The position numbers and the translations under genes are program-made. Shown piece after piece: positions 8,533 through 15,809 of a stretch of DNA of 19,231 bases. The DNA comes from an archaeon (GTDB taxonomy: Archaea > Nanobdellota > Nanobdellia > Woesearchaeales > UBA9642). Under the pieces are notes generated by a model. That model had not been told where the DNA came from, ran no database searches, and saw only the letters and a program-made list of their open reading frames with translations. Positions within the stretch are counted from its first letter, which is position 1. Every line of letters starts with the position of its first letter. Location: positions 1-19,231 of the forward strand of contig JAZDHK010000004.1 of assembly GCA_043806035.1 (NCBI GenBank), read 5' to 3'.

Positions 8533-9300
8533 TTAGTTGCTCTGCAGATCTTTAGGATACAATTGTTTGAGCGACGCATACCCGCGCAAGAGCTGCTCGC
8601 CCCACATCTCCTGCATTGCCGTGCGCAGTGCAGCAAGCGATTCAAATGCATGTTTTGTCCTGACCTTGTCAGAAATGTCCTCCACGTTCGCAAGATTGGG
8701 TATGATGTTGGTGTAGATGCAGTCGATGATGTCTTTGGCATCTTTGTGGTCATATCTTCTCTCGCTGATGTGGAAGGTGTCCGATTCGTGCACGCCATGC
8801 TTGATGAGCAGCTTGATTTCCTGTGCTGAGGGAATGCTTTTGGTGATGGCGATCTCCATAACCCAATGGAGACCATACCCTCTCTTGATGAGCGGCTCGT
8901 GAAAGAACAATCCTCTGTACCATTCTTCCGGTTTTTTTTGTTTGGGCAGGATGATGCTAGGGAACATGCCATACGTGACGTTGAGGTAGTGTTGCTTTTC
9001 CTTCTTGGGACGGGGGGCGCGTGTGGTGTCTTTCAGGAACTGCAGAATTCCTTCCTTGCCGTCGATGATGTCCTGTTTGATGAACTGAGGCAGGTGCAGT
9101 ACTTCCTCACCACTATCATGCTGTTCGGGATGCTGCACTACCTCCTGAATGTAGGTGACGACATCATTCTCGTCCTGCTGCACATATTTTTTGACGAGGA
9201 TGAGCTGGGTGAGCGGCAGAGTATCCTCTGTTTTTTTGAGTTCTTTCTTTTCTGAAAAAATAGAGGGCAGGATGACTGGAGTATAGACCACACGTTGCAT
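8533..9300 (-). CDS. Hypothetical soluble protein (255 aa)
   Basis: Long ORF that fills the gap between flanking genes. ATG 9300 lies 14 nt after the upstream gene's stop. No family recognised. Confidence 0.7.
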   Translation of the reverse strand: MQRVVYTPVILPSIFSEKKELKKTEDTLPLTQLILVKKYVQQDENDVVTYIQEVVQHPEQHDSGEEVLHLPQFIKQDIIDGKEGILQFLKDTTRAPRPKKEKQHYLNVTYGMFPSIILPKQKKPEEWYRGLFFHEPLIKRGYGLHWVMEIAITKSIPSAQEIKLLIKHGVHESDTFHISERRYDHKDAKDIIDCIYTNIIPNLANVEDISDKVRTKHAFESLAALRTAMQEMWGEQLLRGYASLKQLYPKDLQSN

Positions 9301-9313
9301 AATGCTTACTTTC

Positions 9314-10417
9314 TTATAAATGTACTGCAATGAGGGGCACGAGCATCTCGTCAGCACTGACGCCGCCATGCTCTGCCCTATGCGGCGTTCTCCTCTCTGC
9401 GAGCAACTCGTCATAGAATGCGTAGTTCTTCTTCATCAGCAGGACGTAATCACCTATTCTGTGTTGTATTGCCTTCGACGGTAGCTCTTTTCCGAGCCAG
9501 CCTCGTCTGAGCAATTCTTGTTTGGAGAGCAGGGTGCAGTACTTCTTCAATTTTTTTTCGACGTACGTTCTGAACTGCTTGTCCTTGCCCGGATGCACGT
9601 AGCAGTACACGGTGCGTGGTTCTCCGCAGAACGGGAGGGCGAGGCAGGCTTCTAGTTCTGGATGGTCTTTGAGGAAGAGGTGCTTGACGTCGAGAAGGCC
9701 ATGGTCTGCGGTGATGAGCAGTGTTCCTTTCAGGGTCTTGCTTGCGTGCTCGATTGCCTTGTCGAGCTCGCGGAAGTGCTGTTCTGCTTCCTTGCTATGG
9801 ACACCGTAGTGGTGCAGGATGTGGTCGAATTTTCCCCAGTATGCAGTAGTGCAGTGTCTGTTCTGCACAAGCAGTTTCATCATGCCGTTCAGGTCGTCAT
9901 ATCCTTTGATGATTGCCTTTCCTCGCAGAGCCCTGTTGAATGGGCTGTTCTTCACTATGTTCGGGAGGAGGTGTGTGCTTTTCACGGAGTTGTTCAGGAT
10001 GCTTGTTGCAAACAACAAATCTTGCATGCGTATGCCGTCCTCGTGCAGGGCTCTTTTTCCGTATCGGGTCTTGAAGCGCAAGGGTATGACGATAGCGCCG
10101 AGCTCTTTGCTGAGCATGAACCACCCAGTTAATCCGTGCTGTGCGGGGCTTTGTGCGGTCATGAGCGTTGTGACTGCCGCAGTTGTCGTGCTGGGAAAGA
10201 CGGATGTCATGCTGCCGATGCAGTGCTTCCACAGGAACGATTGCTTGTGCTTGCTCAGGAAGGTGTAGCCGAGACCGTCGATGATAATGACCGTAAGTGG
10301 CAGATGGAGTTTGCCGTGCAGTGCGGGCAGCGGTGCGTGTGCCGGCTTTCCTCGTAATTGTTGCTGGACGCTGCAGGAGAAGTTCAGGATGCTATTGGTG
10401 TAGTCTGGCGCTATCAT
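9314..10417 (-). CDS. Alkaline phosphatase superfamily protein (type I phosphodiesterase / nucleotide pyrophosphatase-like)
   Basis: Metal and nucleophile motifs IIDGLG, SVFPSTT, DHILH, TADHG and EHGG. TATA TTTATAAA at 10439-10446, 29 nt upstream. Confidence 0.9.
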   Translation of the reverse strand: MIAPDYTNSILNFSCSVQQQLRGKPAHAPLPALHGKLHLPLTVIIIDGLGYTFLSKHKQSFLWKHCIGSMTSVFPSTTTAAVTTLMTAQSPAQHGLTGWFMLSKELGAIVIPLRFKTRYGKRALHEDGIRMQDLLFATSILNNSVKSTHLLPNIVKNSPFNRALRGKAIIKGYDDLNGMMKLLVQNRHCTTAYWGKFDHILHHYGVHSKEAEQHFRELDKAIEHASKTLKGTLLITADHGLLDVKHLFLKDHPELEACLALPFCGEPRTVYCYVHPGKDKQFRTYVEKKLKKYCTLLSKQELLRRGWLGKELPSKAIQHRIGDYVLLMKKNYAFYDELLAERRTPHRAEHGGVSADEMLVPLIAVHL

Positions 10418-10505
10418 GCCCGTAGTTTGCGTGGTTCTTTTATAAATTTGTCCTTACGCTTGTAGATGCGTAAAGCAATTAAATACGTACGTATTCTTCC
10501 CTTGT

Positions 10506-10913
10506 ATGAAAGCGATTCACATCATCATTCTGTTGAGTCTGCTCGGCTTTGTCATTTCTCTGTTCAGCTTTTCTCACCTCAACGCTGCCGTGTGCCCTGT
10601 TGGTGGTTGCGAGAGCGTTCAGCAGTCGACGTACGGGTATGCCTTTGGCTTGCCGAACAGCCTCATTGGCATTGCAGGGTTTGGCATCTTGTTTGTTCTG
10701 GCATTCGTTGCCCGTTCGAGGAAGAGTGAAGTGCTGTTTGCGTTTCTTGCCGCAGGCTGCGTCCTTGCAGGACTGCTCGCACTGTGGTTCCTGTTCGTCC
10801 AGGCGGTTTTGTTGAGAACATTCTGCACGCTCTGCCTCGTCGCCGATGCTGCAGGGGTGTGCCTGCTCATCCTCGGAATACGTTTGGCCGTGCGAGCACT
10901 TTCAAGGCAGTGA
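10506..10913 (+). CDS. Vitamin K epoxide reductase (VKOR) family protein
   Basis: Four hydrophobic segments, loop cysteines CPVGGCESVQQSTYG, FGLPNS..G, and redox CxxC (FCTLC). TATA-like ATTAAATA at 10478-10485. Confidence 0.9.
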   Translation: MKAIHIIILLSLLGFVISLFSFSHLNAAVCPVGGCESVQQSTYGYAFGLPNSLIGIAGFGILFVLAFVARSRKSEVLFAFLAAGCVLAGLLALWFLFVQAVLLRTFCTLCLVADAAGVCLLILGIRLAVRALSRQ

Positions 10914-11520
10914 TGTCACGCACGACTTTTTTTGTGTGCTTCTTGAGCGACGTTGCAGATGTGTAGCCTGTGCTGACACCGATGCAGTCCATGCCTGCAT
11001 GTCTTGCGCCAAGGGCATCGTAGAGGCTGTCTCCGATGACCAGGCACTGCTTTGGCAGAACCTTGAGCTGCTTTGCGGCCTTGAGGAATGATTCCGGCTC
11101 GGGCTTGCCTTTCTTGACGTCGTTGATGGTGATGATGACATCGAACAATGCTGAGAATGCTTTGTTGGTGGAATGGCTCATGATGACTCTGCTGCTGCCC
11201 GTCACTAGAGCGAGCTTGTGCGTCTTGTGCAGCAACTTGAGCGTGGACATGACTCCAGGGAAGAGCAGGTTTCTCTGTCCGACGAATTTGAAGTAGTGAT
11301 ATCGTCGCTCTTCCAAAAGGTCTGCCGTCTTTTCTGCGAAGCCGTACTTTTTCTTGAGCTCTGCAAAGATGTCTTCCGTACTTTTTCCCATGAGCGTGCG
11401 CAGATGCCGATCATTGATGTGGATGCCGTGCTCGTCGAGGAGGTCCTTGAATGCGAGATAGTGGTAGGGCAGAGAATTGATGAGTGTGCCGTCGAGATCG
11501 AAGAGCAGTGCACGATACAT
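10867..11520 (-). CDS. HAD superfamily hydrolase (beta-PGM/CbbY-like phosphatase)
   Basis: Motif I FDLDGT, motif II VTGS, motif III KP.P and motif IV GDSLYD. TATA TTTATAAA at 11543-11550, 30 nt upstream. Confidence 0.92.
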   Translation of the reverse strand: MYRALLFDLDGTLINSLPYHYLAFKDLLDEHGIHINDRHLRTLMGKSTEDIFAELKKKYGFAEKTADLLEERRYHYFKFVGQRNLLFPGVMSTLKLLHKTHKLALVTGSSRVIMSHSTNKAFSALFDVIITINDVKKGKPEPESFLKAAKQLKVLPKQCLVIGDSLYDALGARHAGMDCIGVSTGYTSATSLKKHTKKVVRDITALKVLARPNVFRG

Positions 11521-11570
11521 GACACATCAGCCATCCTGCTCTTTTATAAATGTGTTGCTAAACCAATATG

Positions 11571-11606
11571 TTTAAATGCAAGTTGCGCTCCCGCTTATCA
11601 AGGAGG
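11571..11606 (+). promoter_or_regulatory. TATA box and Shine-Dalgarno sequence of gapN
   Basis: TTTAAATG at 11571-11578 and AGGAGG at 11601-11606, 6 nt before ATG 11613. Confidence 0.7.
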
Positions 11607-11612
11607 CAGACC

Positions 11613-13205
11613 ATGGAATTTCCAGATGAACAAACCATTCCCAGAGCGTATATCACCGAACCCCTACACCAAAAGACGTATCTCATCAATGGGCAAATAG
11701 CCGTTTGGAATGGACCTGTGCAGGATGTCTACAGTCCTATTCACGTCAAGACAACGCAAGGAATTCTTCCACGGCATCTTGGCAGCTACCCGCTCATGAC
11801 CGAGAGGGAGGCGATGGCAGCATTGCACGCTGCAGTCTCTGCGTTCAATGCGGGAAGGGGTGCTTGGCCGACCATGACGACCGAGCAGAGAATTCAATAT
11901 TTTGTGCAATTCACGGCGATGCTTGAACAGCAACGCTCGCGGCTCGTGAACTTGCTCATGTGGGAAATAGGCAAGAACCTCAAGGATGCCGAGAAAGAGT
12001 TCGATAGGACCATCGTGTACATCAAGGATACGATCGAGTCCCTCAAGGATCTCGACAGAATATCGAGCAGGTTCACGTTGGCAGAAGGCATTATTGGTCA
12101 GATCAAGCGAAGCCCGCTTGGCGTGGTCTTGTGTATGGGCCCGTTTAACTATCCGCTGAACGAGACGTTCTCGACGCTCATTCCTGCGCTCATTATGGGG
12201 AATACGGTCATTTTCAAGCCGCCTAAGTACGGCGTGCTTTTGTATGAGCCGTTGCTCGAGCTGTTCAAGATATTCCCTGCGGGTGTCATCAACACCATCT
12301 ACGGAGACGGACCCACGGTCATCACCCCGCTGATGAACTCAGGAAAGATCGACGTGCTTGCATTCATCGGCTCGAGCAAAGTTGCCGACATTATCAGGAA
12401 GCAGCATCCCAAACCGCACCGCCTGCGCTGCGTTCTTGGTTTAGAGGCGAAGAATCCGGGAATCGTGCTCGCCAATGCAGATGTGGAATTTGCCGTGAAG
12501 GAATGCCTCCTTGGTGCTCTGTCTTTTAACGGGCAGCGATGCACTGCTCTGAAAATCATTTTTGTGCATGAGAGCATCGTGGACAAGTTCCTCAAGACGT
12601 GCACGGAATCGTTGGCGAAGCTGAACATAGGCATGCCGTGGGACAATGCCGCAATAACCCCTCTCCCTGAGCAGGACAAGACGACGTATCTTGCAAATCT
12701 CGTCGAGGATGCCAAGAAGAAAGGGGCAAAGGTCATGAATCCGGGCGGGGGGACGTTCAGCAAGACGCTGTTCACGCCTGCACTGCTCTATCCCGTCGCG
12801 CCGAACATGGACGTGTATACTGTTGAGCAGTTCGGTCCTGTTATTCCTGTGCGTGCATTCAAGCACATCGAGGAGCCAATACAGTACTTGATGGACTCGA
12901 ACTACGGCCAGCAAGTGAGCATCTTCGGTTCTGATCCGGACATGATAGCTGCGCTCATCGACCCCTTGACGAATCTGGTGTGCAGGGTCAACATCAACAG
13001 CCAATGCCAGCGAGGACCGGATATCTTCCCCTTTACTGGGCGTAAGGACAGCGCGGAAGGGACGCTGAGCGTGAGCGACGCATTGCGCGTCTTTACTATT
13101 CGCAGTCTCGTCGCGGCGAAAGGCACGGACCTGAACAAGACCATCATCACGGACATAGTCAAGAACAGGAAGAGCAATTTCCTGAGCACGGATTTCATCC
13201 TCTGA
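11613..13205 (+). CDS. gapN: Aldehyde dehydrogenase family, non-phosphorylating NADP-dependent glyceraldehyde-3-phosphate dehydrogenase (GapN)-like
   Basis: GPFNYPLNE, FIGSS, catalytic Glu in GLEAKNP, catalytic Cys in FNGQRCTA, EQFGPV and PFTGRKDSAEG. The C-terminus SNFLSTDFIL is typical, from my recollection, of the ~540-aa bacterial GapN-type subgroup. Start re-called to 11613. 530 aa. Confidence 0.85.
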   Translation: MEFPDEQTIPRAYITEPLHQKTYLINGQIAVWNGPVQDVYSPIHVKTTQGILPRHLGSYPLMTEREAMAALHAAVSAFNAGRGAWPTMTTEQRIQYFVQFTAMLEQQRSRLVNLLMWEIGKNLKDAEKEFDRTIVYIKDTIESLKDLDRISSRFTLAEGIIGQIKRSPLGVVLCMGPFNYPLNETFSTLIPALIMGNTVIFKPPKYGVLLYEPLLELFKIFPAGVINTIYGDGPTVITPLMNSGKIDVLAFIGSSKVADIIRKQHPKPHRLRCVLGLEAKNPGIVLANADVEFAVKECLLGALSFNGQRCTALKIIFVHESIVDKFLKTCTESLAKLNIGMPWDNAAITPLPEQDKTTYLANLVEDAKKKGAKVMNPGGGTFSKTLFTPALLYPVAPNMDVYTVEQFGPVIPVRAFKHIEEPIQYLMDSNYGQQVSIFGSDPDMIAALIDPLTNLVCRVNINSQCQRGPDIFPFTGRKDSAEGTLSVSDALRVFTIRSLVAAKGTDLNKTIITDIVKNRKSNFLSTDFIL

Positions 13206-13212
13206 GGGGACC

Positions 13213-13881
13213 ATGCGCAATGCAGTCATTTTCGACCTGGACAACACGCTTGTTGATTTTGTCGACAGGAAGAAGATCGTCATCAGGGAGACGGTCAAGG
13301 CAATGATCGATGCGGGATTGCAGGCTGATTTTGAGGAACTGCACAAGGACTTCTCTGATTTCTACTGGGATAAGGGCATCGAGGACCAGCACATCCTGCA
13401 AAAGTATCTGCTGCAACGCTACAAGAGGATAGACTACAGGATATTGGCGCACGCCATCCTTGCGTACAGGAAAGTGAACACCGGGCTAATCAGGCCGTAT
13501 CCTGGCGCAAGAAGGCTGCTCATCCATCTCAAGGCGAAAGGGTATAAGCTCGCCATCCTCTCTGATGCCCCCCGTCTTGAGGCGTACTTGCGCTTGTGCT
13601 CCGTTGGTTTTGATGAGTTCTTTGATGTCATTCTCACGTCTGACGATACGAGGTCGGTCAAGCCGCACAGCAAAGGGTTCTTGCTTGCTGCGAAGAAGCT
13701 CGGCGTTGATGTTCGTTCATGCGTCATGATAGGGGATACGCCGAACAAGGACATCATCGGCGCAAAGAAGCTCGGCATGCTCACCATCTTCGCGGAATAC
13801 GGTGCGCGAGAGAAGACGACGGATGCTGATTATACGGTAAAGAACATCAGTGACATAACAGCCATCATCGATGCTGTGTAA
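13213..13881 (+). CDS. HAD superfamily hydrolase, subfamily IA (archaeal TIGR02253-like)
   Basis: FDLDNT, ILSD, KPH and GDTPNKD motifs. GAGGGG SD-like sequence in the short gap after gapN suggests co-transcription. Confidence 0.9.
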   Translation: MRNAVIFDLDNTLVDFVDRKKIVIRETVKAMIDAGLQADFEELHKDFSDFYWDKGIEDQHILQKYLLQRYKRIDYRILAHAILAYRKVNTGLIRPYPGARRLLIHLKAKGYKLAILSDAPRLEAYLRLCSVGFDEFFDVILTSDDTRSVKPHSKGFLLAAKKLGVDVRSCVMIGDTPNKDIIGAKKLGMLTIFAEYGAREKTTDADYTVKNISDITAIIDAV

Positions 13882-13941
13882 TTCGGTGAAGGAAAGCACG
13901 TTCTTCAAAAACAGTGCAGACACGGCGTGTTGGGCGTTATT

Positions 13942-15168
13942 TTAGAAAATCGCCGTTGCAATCAGATACAGGTTGAATGCGACGATGAGAGCAGCAAACA
14001 CCCAAGCGATACTGGTGGTGATTCGTTTATTGACGAGTTCTTTCATGATGCTTGAGTCCGACGTGTAGAGGATGATGGGGATCAAGGGCAAGGGGATGAG
14101 GATGCTCAACAGCACTTGGCTGTAGATGAGGATGCTCAAGGGTTCGATGCCGATCAGTATCGCTATGGTCAAGGGGATGATGTTGATGAAGCGGGTGATG
14201 AGCCGTCTCAGGAATGGACTGATTTTGAAGTCAGTAAGTCCGTCCATGATTGACTGACCTGCCAGCGTTCCTGTTATTGATGAGGCAATGCCTGCTATTA
14301 GCAATGCCCCACCGAATATCACTGCAGCGAGATTCCCGAAGAGGGGGATGAGTGTGTAATATGCTTGCGAGAGCGTGTCGACAATGTCTTTCCTGTAGAA
14401 TGCCGCTGCGGCCATGATGAGCATTGCAGCATTGACTAGTCCTGCAATGATGAGCGATGCCACATTGTCAATGAGATGATACGTTCTCAGCACCTCTTTG
14501 TTGTGCAATGAGAATTGCTTCATCTTGTTCTTGATGAGCCAGGAGTGGATGAATAAGGCGTGGGGCATGATGGTCGCGCCGATGATGCCGACGATGATGA
14601 GGATGTTCTGCGAGTTAACGATGGGTGTGATGGAATGCACGAGCAGAGGGTGCCAGTCGGGCTTGACAAGGAAGAGCTCGTACACGAATGCCAATCCTAT
14701 GAGCGAGACGAAAATGATGAATGCCTTTTCTATGTGTCTGAACTTGTTCTTGGTGAGGAAGAAGAACAGCAGCACTTCGACGATGGAGATGAACGACCCT
14801 ATCAGCAAAGGTATGCCGAAGAGGATGTTCAGGCCTACGACGATGCCGAGGAATTCTGCAAGATCTGTTGCGAGGATGGCGAGCTCTGCAAGCAGCCAAT
14901 ACGCGATGATGAGCCATTTTTTGTTGAGACGGTCCTTGACGAGCTCAGGGAGCGAGTAGCCGGCAATGCCTATCTTCCCCGATAAGTATTGGAAGAACAT
15001 GGCCATGCCGCTGGCCGCCCATATTGCCCAGAGCAGATCGTAGTTGAATCTTGACCCTCCAGCTATATTCGTTCCCCAATTGCCGGGATCCATGTATGCC
15101 ATGGAGACGATGAGCCCTGATCCTAGAAATAACCAGAAACTCTTGTTGAAGAAATGTGCTTTAGTCAT
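13942..15168 (-). CDS. mntH: Nramp/MntH family divalent metal (Mn2+/Fe2+) transporter
   Basis: TM1 YMDPGN and TM6 ATIMPH..F.HS metal-binding motifs, TGTLAGQ and SQVLLS. Start re-called to ATG 15168, which overlaps the regulator's TGA (ATGA). 408 aa. Confidence 0.93.
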   Translation of the reverse strand: MTKAHFFNKSFWLFLGSGLIVSMAYMDPGNWGTNIAGGSRFNYDLLWAIWAASGMAMFFQYLSGKIGIAGYSLPELVKDRLNKKWLIIAYWLLAELAILATDLAEFLGIVVGLNILFGIPLLIGSFISIVEVLLFFFLTKNKFRHIEKAFIIFVSLIGLAFVYELFLVKPDWHPLLVHSITPIVNSQNILIIVGIIGATIMPHALFIHSWLIKNKMKQFSLHNKEVLRTYHLIDNVASLIIAGLVNAAMLIMAAAAFYRKDIVDTLSQAYYTLIPLFGNLAAVIFGGALLIAGIASSITGTLAGQSIMDGLTDFKISPFLRRLITRFINIIPLTIAILIGIEPLSILIYSQVLLSILIPLPLIPIILYTSDSSIMKELVNKRITTSIAWVFAALIVAFNLYLIATAIF

Positions 15169-15560
15169 GGAATGACTTTTCCGTGCGGATCTTTTGTCGG
15201 ATTGCCAAGCACTGCACGCATGCGGTTGAGGACGTTTGTGCTCACTGCGTGCTCGAGCACATTCGCCTCTGCATGGATGTCCTTGAGCGGGACGTGCAGG
15301 ATGTCTTTGAGGAACGACTCGATGATGCGGTGTCTTGCCGTCAGGGCGTTTGCCAGAAATTTTCCTCTTTTCGTCCATGCGAGCTTCGCATATTTTTTGT
15401 ATGCGACGAGCTTTTCACGATGGAGTGCTTGCATCATCTCGGTGACGCTCGGCTTGGCGATGCGCAAGTGCCGTGCGATATTTGTGATGCTCAGTTCCTG
15501 GTTGCGCTCTTCAAGCAAGAATAACGTCCGTAGGTACTCTTCTTTGCTGGTGCTTACCAT
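15165..15560 (-). CDS. DtxR/MntR family metal-dependent transcriptional repressor (no C-terminal FeoA/SH3 domain)
   Basis: EEYL N-terminus, winged HTH IARHLRIAKPSVTEM, RHRIIESFL, EANVLEH and DPHGKVIP. Confidence 0.93.
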   Translation of the reverse strand: MVSTSKEEYLRTLFLLEERNQELSITNIARHLRIAKPSVTEMMQALHREKLVAYKKYAKLAWTKRGKFLANALTARHRIIESFLKDILHVPLKDIHAEANVLEHAVSTNVLNRMRAVLGNPTKDPHGKVIP

Positions 15561-15562
15561 TT

Positions 15563-15580
15563 TGTTAGGTATTCCTAACA
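15563..15580. promoter_or_regulatory. DtxR-family operator, TGTTAGG-N4-CCTAACA
   Basis: Perfect 7-4-7 inverted repeat between the TATA box (TTTATATA, minus strand, 15583-15590) and ATG 15560. TTAGG...CCTAA is the known DtxR-family half-site core. Confidence 0.85.
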
Positions 15581-15636
15581 GTTATATAAATGTTGTTACG
15601 TTGCTTTTTTTGACCTTATATATCTCGAAGAGCAAG

Positions 15637-15773
15637 TAGCCCCGCCCAGATTCGAACTGGGGTCTCCGGCTGTCTTCAACTTTTTTTGTGGGCTCGAGCG
15701 AAGCGAGACCCGCGCGTGTTAACTGAGCGCAGTTACCAAAGGCCGGCATGATTGGCCGCTACACTACGGGGCT
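15637..15773 (-). tRNA. tRNA-Gln(TTG) with 64-nt intron at 37/38 (intron 15672-15735)
   Basis: Acceptor AGCCCCG/CGGGGCT plus discriminator A, anticodon stem CCGGC/GCCGG, anticodon TTG at 15739-15737, T-loop GTTCGAATC. BHB: central helix CTTT/GAAG, bulges GG|T and AC|A, outer helix AACT/AGTT. Mature length 73 nt, no encoded CCA. Confidence 0.95.
15682..15720. repeat. REP-like palindromic insert within the tRNA-Gln intron
   Basis: GGGCTCG-AGCGAAG-CGAGACCC hairpin (15690-15711) containing GCGAAGC, flanked by AACT direct repeats at 15678-15681 and 15721-15724. Only one copy in this window. Confidence 0.45.
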
Positions 15774-15799
15774 GTTACGTGCAGGTTGGCCGTTGTTCG

Positions 15800-15807
15800 T
15801 TTATAAA
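15800..15807 (-). promoter_or_regulatory. TATA box of tRNA-Gln
   Basis: TTTATAAA, first T 34 nt upstream of the mature 5' end (15773). Confidence 0.7.
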
Positions 15808-15809
15808 AC

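Noticed and set aside
9313-9320. TATA-like TTTATAAG upstream of the orphan at 9300
   Set aside because: Only 20 nt from the ATG versus 28-30 elsewhere, and it coincides with the upstream gene's last codons and stop. Co-transcription is more likely.
12441-13346. 301-aa ORF antisense to gapN
   Set aside because: No motifs, and it lies opposite well-supported genes. Explained by codon bias suppressing antisense stops.
13882-13941. Possible terminator between the convergent HAD and Nramp genes
   Set aside because: Only weak imperfect stems and a short A/T run, so it cannot be supported.
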